DNA of 64,000 nt from Epiperipatus broadwayi. Lineage: Eukaryota; Animalia; Onychophora. Location of the stretch: the NCBI GenBank assembly GCA_028023455.1, contig JAQFVV010000002.1:2852001-2916000 (forward strand), given 5' to 3'. The first letter of the stretch is position 1; the number at the start of each line of letters is the position of its first letter. Shown piece by piece: positions 1 to 12,023 of the stretch. Both the position numbers and the translations under genes were made by a program. The notes under the pieces are model-generated. The model was not told where the DNA came from. It ran no database searches and saw only the letters and a program-made list of their open reading frames with translations.

Positions 1-1124
1 TTGACCTCTGCAGTTCATTCACTTCGGGATAAATACGTTGCTTAAAACAAAATTTCTACCATGATTTCAAGAAAAATGCTTCTTTTAGATCCAATATTGG
101 AATATAGTTGGGCTAAAAACTTTGGAAAGATATTTATATTTATTGATGTTTATTTTATTTATTTTAAAAAGTACTTAAATTAATCAATTATTTGTTTAAT
201 AATAGACCTGATTTAAATCTTAAAGAATTATTAATTAATGAAATACTTCATTAAAAAAAACCCACTGCTTGTTATAATGATCAAAACTATTTAAATAAAA
301 AGAATTAGGCATATTTTATAGAATCGAGATAATGATGTTGTTATAAATAATAATAAAACTGTATTAATATACAATTGAATTGATATATGAAAACGATATG
401 ATAAGTATCTAGTATCAGTTATAATTCTTTAAAGGTTGATGAAGTATAGGATGAAGGATAAGTAAAGAAATATGAAAAAAATAATCGATGAAGATTGCTC
501 AAATATAAATTGAAATGTCATATTATAAACATATGGAATTACATGACTAGATTTATAAAATATAATTCATGACTAAAAATTTAATTTTGATATAAATAAA
601 TATGTTCTTATAACGAATAGTATAACTTTCCAATGAAAGATTTAAAAGGAAACATTTAAAATGATAATTCACAAAAAGGATTTGTAAGCTATAATCGTAA
701 AGAATGCGCATAGATTTAAAATTCAGCCTTATGGAATTACAAGATTATTAGCTTTTAGTTCTATATAGCACCACAAAATATTAAAACATTTATATGTATA
801 CAAGTTTTTGTTATGGACAGTTTTATGTTTACTTTCATTGTGATTGGAGGAGAAGAAGTATCTAGAAAATTAAAGTACAGTTTTTTCACTGAAACTCTCA
901 ACTTCTTTTGTTGTCAAAGAAATTAATTCCTATGTGTTTAGGTTTAAAGTTCAAGAAAGAAGAGATCTATTGATATATTTAGTTTTTAAAAAATGAATTC
1001 ATTCATTATAATGGTATGATAAAAAGTGAAAAGATATCATTTCGATTCATAAAAAAATTTTTTTTTTAATTTTTAGGCAAAATATAGAATTAAGATAAAA
1101 TTAGTTTTTTTTATATATATCAAA

Positions 1125-1196
1125 TGCGTTGACTGGGAAATGAACCCAGGCCAGTTGCTTGGAAGGCAGCCATGCTAACCACTAGGCCACCAACAC
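1125..1196 (-). pseudogene. tRNA-Gly(TCC) copy, probably a pseudogene with CpG decay
   Basis: Reverse complement reads GTGTTGGTGGCCTAGTGGTTAGCATGGCTGCCTTCCAAGCAACTGGCCTGGGTTCATTTCCCAGTCAACGCA: 72 nt, cloverleaf, anticodon loop CT-TCC-AA. The T-loop is TTCATTT rather than TTCGANT. Confidence 0.8.
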
Positions 1197-1850
1197 TTGA
1201 CTAGTTTTTTTATTATTATTTTAAACTTTTGACTATGTTGGAGATACTAAAAGTAATAAAGTATGATATATATTAGATATATCTGGATTTATTATTTTAT
1301 TCTGTAATTAAAGAAATATTTTAAAAAAATTATAAATTATAATGTTTAATAAACATTGAAAAATGTTATTCCTAAGAAAAGCATAATACAATCTCATAAT
1401 TTAATATAATAAAATATTTTGTAATATAACATTGGTTATGTTATTAATATTTGTTTTGTATTATTGGCTGTTTTCATAAAAGAGAATTCAATATTCAGAA
1501 TTAATGATATATTGGGTCCTCACTTTCTTTATATTAGAAGTGAAATTGTATAGTGATAGTATTTCTTACTGCAAAAGTATATTAGTTGTAATGGTGTCAG
1601 GAAAAGTTTTATTTATTCATTATATGATTAATAGTGTGTAATTGGTTAACTCTGGTAAGAGGCCAATGGTTTAATAAGTATTCATTGAATATAGTTAGGT
1701 AGGTAACCAATAATATTCCCATAAGTGCTATAAAATAATAAGCCACGATGAAATATTTCATGTCAATGTTAGTGAAAACCTTTAGGTTATATCTACCTAT
1801 TTAATTAATTCATTAAACCTCATTGGATAATACATGCTTAAATATTTTAT

Positions 1851-2465
1851 TAAACTATGCACTAGGGAGGATACATCATTTGTATTGTATTATTCTTACA
1901 AAAGATTGGGATCTTGTGTCTTCAAAATGGGAAGAAAAGAGAATTATATAAGTTCATAATATTCATGTGAAAGCAAATGGCCAATGTTGTAAATGGTTAT
2001 GTATTTTAAATAATACCATGAAATGAAATCAAATAAAAGAAAATCACTTGAGCATAAAATGTTTTAATGATATTGATAAATACATTAAATAAAACTGTAT
2101 ATATTTTTAGTTTATAATTTATATTTAATATATTTCATTTAAATAATAAATATAATTTGATTAAATTATTAGTGTATATTATATATAAGACTATATTTAA
2201 GAAAGATGAATATATAATAAGAATCAAAGTGATATCTTAAGTATAGATGTAAGATATAATGTAAATGTCAAAATAAGAGTCATAGATCAATTCATAGATC
2301 ACATGACCCTATCTCTTAAGCTTGTAAGTTATAAACAGTGAGGATTGCCAATTCCTCTACAAGCTTTATGATAAATGTTTAGCCAGAGCCAGCACTTATA
2401 AACTATGCACTAGGGAGGATACATCATTTGTATTGTATTATTCTTACAAAAGATTGGGATCTTGT
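1851..2465 (+). repeat. Identical 67-bp direct repeat (1851-1917 and 2399-2465)
   Basis: taaactatgcactagggaggatacatcatttgtattgtattattcttacaaaagattgggatcttgt occurs twice, 548 bp apart. Confidence 0.95.
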
Positions 2466-5400
2466 AAATGTGTTTGATATTATATTAAAGAATTATTAAT
2501 TTTAATTTATTTAATTTTTTTAAAAATTACAATCAATTGTATTTATAAAATTAATAGTTATTACTTGTTGATAAAACATCATAAATAAATTATTTTTTAA
2601 ACTAAAACTATTGTCTGGTATTATTATTTTTTCTCTTGAGTCTTATTATCATATCATAAATTTTGAAACAATAGCACAAAATCTTGTTTAAATAAATATT
2701 GTTTTATAATCTCCATCATGTACATTAATAAAAGCATATAATAATGTAATTATTATACTTAAAGAATTTCAAGCTTTATGTTTTTAATGTTTAAAGAATT
2801 TAATATATGGAAAGCTAGATTATAAATGTATATTTTGGTAATTGTTTAAAAGAACAAGAATAGTCTAATGGATCCACATATGAAAAGAAAATATATATTT
2901 TAGTATCATTAAAATTATCTTATATAATTTATAAGTTAAAAATAATAATTTAAATTGTAAAAGGGACTATATTAATAAAATTATTATTTTCATTTCTTTG
3001 TATTTGTTAATATGTAATGGACTTAAATGTTATGAATATTATATTTCAGGAATAAATGATAGTAGTATGATTAGAAAATATAGATTACTTGATGAAATCC
3101 TAAGAAAATAATTATTCAATATGATTGTTATTATTATTATAGAAAGTTCAATAGTAAGGATAATCAAGTTAATTGTAATTTTATGAGGTTTTATTTAATC
3201 TTATGAATAATTAAAAAACATAATATAATTAAAAATATTAAGGTGTAATATGATTGGATTATTATTGTTATTATAATATTATAGGTTGTGGAATCTTAAT
3301 AAAATTCTTATTTCATTATCTAGGTTAGAAGTATTCCAGTTATAAATAAATAGTAAACCCTGAGAATCTATGAAAGTATTTTTGCATTAAAATGTAAATT
3401 TGATTTTAAAGTTATTAAAAGGATAAGATATTATTTAGGAGTATTATTGATTATTAAATAAGTTAAATATTATTCCAAGAAGTTAAATTATTGTTAGTAA
3501 AGTTAGTCACTGATTTATTGTAAGGATTCTGAAATAGCTAATAATATATCATAATATAATCTTTTGCAATATTCAATGATATTGGATAGGTACTTTGTAT
3601 GAATCCAATTACTTTTATAGCTAACCCTAGATCTCATGATTGTTTAAATACCATAGGATTTTAAATATTATTATAAAGATAAATAAGATTTTATATCATT
3701 AGATTAATATTATTGATAATATCTTTTTGGTTATTAATTAATTACTTGACGCTGAGCTAGGTTTTTTTGTTGAATTTTATTGATGGTCATTTAATAAATA
3801 ACTTTTTGGAAGGTTACAATATGTAAAAAGAAAAGTTAATAACCAAACACTATTCTAGATATTTTCAAGTCCCTAAACTATATCTTGTCAGTTATTACAT
3901 TTGATGTCTGCAGAAAAGTTAATACATCTATTAGTTTGTTTACATTAAAACATACTAGAAAAGTCAATATGAAATGCAAATTATTATGACCAACTATGTT
4001 AAAGGACACTTACACATATATTCTAATAAAATAAATTAATATATAAGTTTCAGTAAAATAGCTGGCAGTGCACCAGGCTGCCAAAAGTACAATGCAGACA
4101 TTCAGTAACATGACTTAGAAGACTGCTCTATATAATTAACATGGATAAACTATTATATAATATAATTAGATTTTAAATCATTTTTACTTTTATAATCTGA
4201 AGTCTTTTTTATCTATTTGAATAACTTATACATACAATACTTATTCTTGATTAAAATAATTGATAACTAATTTATCAGAAAACATCCAAAGGTATTTATT
4301 TCATCTTTAATTATAGAGACCTACTTATGTTAGACTTCAGTCTATTTTAATTTTGTAACCTATATAAACTTGGAATACTACTTATGGCTCACTAATTCTA
4401 CAATAAAGGTTATCTTTATTGTTGTTGATGATCACTTTCTCTTTTTTCAAGTTATTGTGAATATTTACAATAATATCTATATACTATATTTTTAAAATAA
4501 CATAGTCATTACCAAACAATTCAAATTAAATCCTTTCTTTAGCAATAGTTTTGGAAAGAATGATTTATATTTATTTTCAAGACTTGTCAGCATCATTTTA
4601 AAATATTATTAAATATGGCCAAGATGATGATTAGTTAATAAATAAACAAATGAAATGTAAGATAGCAAAAGCTTGCTTTTCTTAACTCTTTGCACTTATA
4701 AGATCTTTAATTTTTAATGTCATTTCCATATAAATCCACTGATATATTTTTGGCTAAAACTACTCAACTCTACACTGAAGAGAATAATCAAATGCCAAAA
4801 TTACATTTGAAGTTTCATCTCATACTCACATTCTATCATCAATTTATTAAGTTTTTTGTTTCAAATATTTTCATCAAGGCAAAAATATACATTTTATTAT
4901 TTAAAATCCTGCATTTTAACTGTTAGTGTTTTTACTAATCTGTTTTAACAATTTATCTTTTATGACTGTTTTCTGTGATTTTTCCAGCACCATGTTTAAT
5001 ATTAATATCTCACACAACTATATTAAAACTTAAGATATTATAGGTTTTTTTTATATTCCTTATAACTCTATGAAAAAGCTCTAAGATATTTTACATTTTG
5101 ATGTAAAACACTTATCTTAAGATTATTTAATATTCAAAGTAGTGGTTAAGAAAAATGACATAGAAATAAAAAAATCATAAAATGATAACTGATAAAAAAA
5201 ACAGATTATTAAAACCTGTGTTATTTAAACGACAGAATTTTTTATGTAGAAATATATATCATTGCTTTCTGACAAATTAATAATAAAAAAATATAAGAAA
5301 AAAACTTTCAGTACAATGTTGTCTATTTGAATTTTTTCATTAATGTGGATTTTATCATTCATAGCCATTAAAAATCAGAACTCAATTGACTGATGAAGAT

Positions 5401-6616
5401 TATATTAAAATCTTAAGATCTTATAGAGACAGAATAATGAGAAAAATTTGCTATTTCTCTCATATATTCTTATTTGATTAACTGAAATTATTTCATCAAA
5501 TTCATCTACCTGCATATATACATATTAAGAGAATAAAACTGATTTTTGTCAGAGCTAGATTGGTTCTGCAAATACAAAATATTACAATTTATCATACTAT
5601 TGGTTTATTTTCATAAATTCTCTTTTTTAATGCACAATTCAACGTACTGATGTAATATTATATATAACATGGTGGACTAATGTGAGTGCAGTTATTTTGG
5701 TGAATAAACATAAGCAATGAAAAATAGAATTCAAAAACTTTTGTAAAATTTCAATATTCTGTAGACAGATTAAAATCTGTATTTGCAAAAAATTCAGTTA
5801 TTTGTAATTGAAATTTTTGCATTGACAATGTTTTATTTTATATGTGGAAAATAATTTAAACAAAAGTACCTAAGAGGCATATTTTATAAATATGAATACA
5901 ATTTATTAAATAAACAATATAATTATGTTAACATGCATATGATATGGAAAGTTGGCCATTCACATTGGAACATTAATGTTGTGTGACTTAAAAATTTTAA
6001 CTATAAAATGCTACTCAGGTAGACATGCTATGATCTGCTATAGCTATTATTTATTATTATATATTGGTATTTTTAATATTGTAAGATTTACTCTACATCA
6101 ATAATTTTCCCAATTAGGAATATTAAATTCTAAGTGAAAATCTCAATAATTTTGTCAATCAAAATTTTCCCCTTTTAGTCAATATGATAAGCACTTATTT
6201 AATTACTATGATAATAAAATCATTAGCAGTTTTCTCTTTCATGAATATTTAGTTCTTTAAAAAATTTTCTCTGAGACAAAAGACAATAAACATTTTAAAA
6301 ATTTCTGATGAATCCTATTATCTTAACAAGTTATAGTAGAAGATTAAAATTATGTAATTAACACTAAGATAAACTTCCAATACAGCTGCTTCAAAATAAA
6401 TAATTTAAAATGTGTATAAAAAAATAAAATGTAAATTACAATTTTTTTAAATTTTACAAACAAATAAATCCATATATGCATACTTTTAGCTTCTCTTGTT
6501 ATTAACATTGTTCATAACATGTTTTGATATAATTCATATATCTTCCTTTTTTCTATTTATTATTAATATTGCATTCTCAAAAATTTTAAATAAATACTAA
6601 TTTTAAAATGGGTTAA

Positions 6617-6688
6617 AATAATAATAATAATAACAATAATAATAATGATGATGATGATGATGACAATAATAATAATATTATTATTATA
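6617..6688. repeat. (AAT)n/(GAT)n compound microsatellite
   Basis: Read directly from the sequence. Confidence 0.9.
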
Positions 6689-7029
6689 CAGCAGAAAGTC
6701 TTGATATTGCTGGTAAGTAATACTAAGGTAGTTGGGGCTCAAACCCCTAAAAAACTAACAATAATGCCACAACATAAAAGTAAACGAATATATATAGTTT
6801 GAGAAAAACAAAATAAACCTTTTTTGAAACAATAGTTAATGAAATCCATGAGAATATCATCAAAAAAATCCTTATATTACCAAGGAAAAAAGAAATGGAG
6901 ACAATAATACCATGTGATCGACTAGTTGGCATCAATATGGTCACTGCAATGCATAAAAATTTAGACACAGTCTAATCTTATACAAATGCTAATATGCAAG
7001 CAATTAGTTTAAAAAATAATCCAACTACA

Positions 7030-7800
7030 ATAAATAATAAAACAGTTCTGGGATTTAGAAAAACAAATCCAAATGGCATAAAACCATTAGATTTAAAGAT
7101 TCAGGTGAACCAAGACTGATTGTGTGCTAGAGAGAATAAATAAACACTTTAATAACATGATCCCAAGGGGACTATATGCAATGTTCAAAAGATTTTTTCC
7201 CCACATTCGATAGTAATAATTGCCACAGACACAAATATATCACTGTATCCTTTTCCATGCTCATTATTATATCAAGCAAAAACATTTTATAGAAAACTCA
7301 GAAATAAACAACCTAAAGACAATATGAAATACCTATCAATTCCTTTTATACATAATGTTACCTCAAATATTGCAAAAAAATTGCCTAACAATTTCAAATT
7401 TAGCTTCAGAACACCTCCCAATACTAACTGACTAATAAATAATTCCAAAGATACAATAGAAAGAGATCAAGCCCCTCATGTGGTCTATAAAATGGCATGC
7501 CCTCAATTAGGCTGCCAGGCATCTTACTACGGTGAGACTCGGGCTAACCTTAATACAAGAATTTACCAACACAGGTATGTATATAACAGGGTTAAAAATA
7601 AAAATGAAGGAACATCTGTATTCTGGGATCACCAAGCAGCTACAGGCCATGTATTTGAACCTTGTTCTGCCCAAATAGTTTGTACAGAGAAGAGTAATGC
7701 CAAAAGAAAAGTTAAAGAGGCTTTTTACATTGGAAATGATCTCAGTGCCATTAATAGAAGAGAGGCATGCTTTGCTCTCTCTAAACAATGGACTAATTAA
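7030..7800 (+). mobile_element. Penelope-like retroelement, 3' part (RT thumb, linker and GIY-YIG endonuclease), decayed
   Basis: Reading frame ...KYLSIPFIHNV...SKDTIERDQAPHVVYKMACPQLGCQASYYGETRANLNTRIYQH matches the PLE GIY-YIG pattern VVY.I.C..C...Y.GET...L..R...H. Stops and frameshifts lie upstream. Confidence 0.85.
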
Positions 7801-7857
7801 ATATTCAAACTCATCTGCATATGTGTACAATAAATAACAACAGTATTCATTCACAAA

Positions 7858-7902
7858 GCTATGAGTATGAGATTCCAACATTAAATCTCGAAAGTGCTAA
7901 GC
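7858..7902 (+). ncRNA. Minimal hammerhead-like motif with a variant core (A3-U8)
   Basis: GCT-ATGAGTA-T-GAGATT(ccaacatta)AATCTC-GAAA-GTGC-TA-AGC. It lies 60 bp after the PLE stop codon. Helix I is only 3 bp. Confidence 0.45.
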
Positions 7903-8930
7903 AGACCGATTACACATTATTTTAAGTATAATTATAGCTTCACTAACGAATGCGAAAAAAGTCGCATATTTATAATAACTGAAAACAAACCGTGGGAAAC
8001 GATGGCAAAAATTGCAGACCATCCAAATCCAAGATACCTCGCTATTGAGTTCTTTCATATTGGTCAAAAGAACCGATTTCAGAACCAAATCAAAACATTA
8101 TGCAATTGCACAATTGTTATAGTAGATCAAGATCGTCAAAATCACATTACAAAAATAATAACAATAAATACATACTTTGGATACATGATACAAGACTATC
8201 AAAAAATGATGGACTCATTTGGTAAAGTAATAACATTTCAACCAATATACCTCAAAGACACACCAATACCAATATATAGAAATAGTTTTGACTTTAAGCT
8301 AAAATTATACAAAGGCATTGATCCAGATCTACATCAACACAGATTGCAAATAAGGGGACTATGCTGTGAGTATATATAAGAGGTTTAAAACCACAATGTT
8401 ATGTATGTGGAAAGCATGATCACCTAGTTATACAGTGCCTGGATAACCAACTTGTATAGGTTCAGATAGCAAATAATCAACACATCCAATGCCAACATGA
8501 AGATTTCAACAATCCATAGACCACCACTAACAACTCAAGCAATCAATATGAAAACAAAAACAATCATGGTACAAATTAAACTTCTGAAAATAGTCATGCA
8601 GAAAAAGCACAAATATACTTGATTCTACAATAGATGGTTTAAATAAAATAAATGAAAGCACCAGTCAAATGGATCAAAATCAAACACAAATCTTATGTGA
8701 TGTATCACAAACATCAGTCATATCAATCACTAATATGACAGATTGAAATCCAGACATACCCAATGAAACATATAGCTGCACAAAAACAAGCACACTGCAT
8801 GTAATTATAAACAAAATATCTAAAAATATTCTGGAGGCACTAACTCCATGCCTCCCTCCTATAGAAGCAACATCATCAGAAGTCAAAAAACCTGGTTCCC
8901 CAAGGAAAAATAAATCTAAAAGAGCCAAAC
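7894..8930 (+). mobile_element. ORF1 (gag-like) of an L1/Tx1-type non-LTR retrotransposon, disrupted
   Basis: ORF 7894-8379 continues after a frameshift into a CX2CX4HX4C zinc knuckle (CYVCGKHDHLVIQC, ~8397-8438), followed by a low-complexity tail. First ATG is at 8001. Confidence 0.75.
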
Positions 8931-9065
8931 CAGATGAAAACTACTCTGGCAGAGGACTTCATAGACATGGAGTTTGATGGTAATCAAGCCATTGATAAAT
9001 GCTCACCATGCTTTAGAGAATATACAAAAGCTTTACAAAGACTTCAAAACCAAACAATCACGCTA

Positions 9066-9700
9066 ATGAAGTTAAAAATAACAGCATTTAATATTAGAGA
9101 ACTTAACTCAATCACAGAACTACATCAGCTAAAACAATGAATAAAGATCACACAACCTCATATACTAGGACTTTTAGAAACTAAAATCTATAGTAGCTTA
9201 TAAATTGACACCTCAGTATATCTAAGTAGGGAAGGTTACTGTGCATGCTCTAGAGACACATGATAATAGTCAGGGGATACTGGACTGCTTATAACACCAG
9301 ATTGTCCATTTGATTCATTCAAAATCCTATATATTGATGCAAATCTACTAATAGTAACTTTTAGTCATCAAATCATACTAAACATTATATGTGTGTATAT
9401 CCCACCTGGTCCTGGAATTGTCTCAAACATATTAAACATAAACTAGCTACTTGGTTCTAGTTCACATCCAACTATGCTAATCTGCAATCAGTAGCTAAGA
9501 ATGACAAGAGCTAAATATGTCCATAATGGTGTGCCTCTTAAAATATACATTATTTATATATCTCTCATGAAACTTCATTACATATAACAACTCTGTACCT
9601 TCAACTATCTTGAGACTTTCTCTTTTACCAAAGTTGAGATGATCATGGCTACATATTTCATGGAATCAAACTACTTATTCTGTAAAAAAAATTCTCTAGA
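9066..9700 (+). mobile_element. ORF2 N-terminus (APE endonuclease) of the same non-LTR element, truncated
   Basis: MKLKITAFNIRELNS...PHILGLLETK...NIICVYIPP match the APE motifs (S/T.N..G; .L.ET; ..VY.P). Contains stop codons. Confidence 0.75.
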
Positions 9701-10298
9701 TATAAACTTTTATTATCATAAGACTTGTCATTATTCTTTTCATTTACTATATAATTCTCTTTTAAATAAAATTCATCCATTAAGTTAACTGTGCCTTCTT
9801 CACCATTTCTGTTTATGTAAATTTATTATTATTACTTACATCTGTTATAGAATTCACTTTTAAATAAGTTTCATCCATTAAGATAACTTACAAAAAACAT
9901 GATAAAACAGAAAGCCAATACCATTCAAATAAATAAATAATAGGTTTTAAATGTATATTTCTCATTGAATTGTTACAATGTTTATAATCATAAGTATGGT
10001 ATTTAACAAATAGAAAATATAGTAAATTAATAAAATACATTTTATAATAACACTGTAGTTTTGATGGTGAAGATAAATCCCAATTTTGGTATGATAATAA
10101 TAATTCACAAAACAAATAATTTCACGAATGAGTGCTATGTATTTAATAACCATAGTATAATAAAATTATATATATATCTCATAACTTGCTTTTAAGCCTG
10201 CATTTAAATGATCACTAGATGGAGCTTACTAATAGCTCTAAACAAGCTTTATTTTTATAAATGCTGAAAGAGAAAGAATTCAAAATCTTTATCATTAA

Positions 10299-10360
10299 GA
10301 CCTTACCTCTAGACCAATTGTTTTTGAGATTATGGCTCACCTCAGTGGAGGGCTGAATCT
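10299..10360 (-). ncRNA. Type I hammerhead-like motif in the left arm (degenerate)
   Basis: Reverse complement: CTCCA-CTGAGGT-GAGCCATAATCTC-AAAA-ACAATTGGTC-TAGAG, a decayed copy of the right-arm motif. Confidence 0.5.
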
Positions 10361-10758
10361 CTAAAAACTAGATCTAAAATACTAACTCAAAAGTCAGCAC
10401 TTATAAAACACGTTTCTAAGAATTTGAAAGTATGAACTTTTCAGACATGTAAATGTTTTCAAATCCAGCTTTGCAAACCAGATAGCTATATGGTCTGAAT
10501 TCAGCTCAGTTTTACCGAAATTTATAACTTGTTTTATTAATTATTATAAGTGTACCTTTGATGGTTTTTGCAATGCTATATTGCAGAGGCTATTACTATA
10601 TAGTGAAACTGAGCTGAATTCAGACTCATATAGCTATCTGGTTTGCAAAGCTGGATTTGAAGACATTTACATGTCTGAAAAGTTCAGACTTTCAAATTGA
10701 TAGAAACATGTTTTATAAGTGCTGACTTTAGAGTTAGTATTTTAGATCTAGTTTCTAG

Positions 10759-10820
10759 AGACTCAGCCCTCCACTGAGGTGAGCCATAAGCTTGAAAACA
10801 ATTGTCTGGAGGTAGGGTCT
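10759..10820 (+). ncRNA. Type I hammerhead-like motif in the right arm
   Basis: Helix I CTCCA/TGGAG, core CTGAGGT, helix II GAGC(cataa)GCTT, GAAA, palindromic helix III ACAATTGT, GTC cleavage triplet ending at 10806. Confidence 0.65.
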
Positions 10821-10966
10821 TACCGATAGAGATTTTGAATTCTTTCTCTTTTAGCACTTATAAAAACAAGCTTGTTTAGAGCTATTGGTAAGCTCCATCT
10901 AGTGATCATATATATATATATATATATATAACCACTAAATAAATATCTAATATTTTTTTATTTTAG

Positions 10967-11104
10967 GCTATTCTAGGGCAAGGAACTGATAACCATTTAT
11001 TTGGTTTAAAACAAATTGCTATAGAAAATGATATATCTATTCCAGATATGTTCGAAGATGAATCGTACAAATTAAGCAATCATTTTACCTTATCTACAAG
11101 TCAG
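10967..11104 (+). CDS. ChAT: Choline O-acetyltransferase, penultimate coding exon
   Basis: ttttag|GCT...CAG|gtaaat, 138 nt, phase 0/0. Translates to AILGQGTDNHLFGLKQIAIENDISIPDMFEDESYKLSNHFTLSTSQ. DNHL and SN.F.LSTSQ favour ChAT over CrAT (DRHL). Confidence 0.9.
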
Positions 11105-11771
11105 GTAAATATTATTAATTATTTGCTAAATTATTTTTTAAGAATTTGCTAGACAATTTAATCCAACATTAGTATTATTGCTTTTGTTATTTTTTAATGA
11201 AATAATACTTGAAATTTGAAAAAATATATTAGAAAATTGAATGATAAATATGGCTGTTACTACAAAAGTCAAAATTTATATGCATACTATATAAAATAAA
11301 TAAGAGTACCTTTAAAATATGCTACATAATCAAATTCTCAAAATGGTTAATAAACAGATTTTAATACCAATTTCATTAAGCTTTTTTATTGTTATTGAGT
11401 TACAACTCATGAAAAAAAAATTTCAGAGAGAGACAAAAAAAATTGATGAATGCAAGCATTATTAAGTAATGTAAAAAGTACTATATCAAATAAATATTAA
11501 ATAATTGAATCTAAAGTATCACATGATGTCAGCTCAAATATTACTCTTTTAGTAGCATATATTTTCATCTTCACTATGCCACTTAGTGTAAGTTTTAGGA
11601 TGAAATGATAAATTCCAGATGGCATGCTTAATAAATCCCTATTCTATGCTTTTCTGACCAAAATCTCCAGATTAGTTTCATCAGTGATGAGCTTTGGATC
11701 TTGCTTCAGTGCAACTGGAACTTTAAAATTTAATAAACTTTCCTTCTTGTTACTATTGCTTATTTCTATTT

Positions 11772-12023
11772 AATATTTACTGCATATTGTTATTCAGAGA
11801 TGTTAGAATTAATGTAATTCCCTAATAGATTTACTAGCACAGTTTCTAAACAGAAATTAATAAACCCTTTACACATACACTGTACTGTTATATTAATCAA
11901 TTTTGTTTTTGTTGAATGTAAAGGGTATTTACCTTCTGTTTAATATAGTAAACTGTGCTAGTCAATGTATAAGTCAGTTACATTAACTTTAACATCTTTG
12001 AATATTAACATGCAGTAAATATT
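11772..12023. repeat. Imperfect inverted repeat (arms ~11772-11873 and 11917-12023) in the ChAT intron
   Basis: aatatttactgcat...ctagcacagttt...aaacccttaca-like left arm pairs with tgtaaagggt...aaactgtgctag...atgcagtaaatatt. Confidence 0.85.

Larger units (their letters stand above)
10208..10909. repeat. ~700-bp fold-back element: two ~307-bp inverted arms (10208-10515, 10603-10909) with an ~87-bp spacer
   Basis: The arms are highly similar reverse complements along their full length. The right end abuts (TA)n. Confidence 0.95.

Noticed and set aside
1250-4200. G/T-skewed stretch that might be an old NUMT or a minus-strand LINE ORF2
   Set aside because: No mitochondrial motif was found. The candidate RT motifs (FSGFTI, LGIIFN) occur in the wrong order, so no call is supportable.
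6691-6717. Possible micro-exon cag|CAGAAAGTCTTGATATTGCTG|gtaagt upstream of the ChAT exons
   Set aside because: The translation does not match the ChAT segment expected before AILGQG. There is no independent support.
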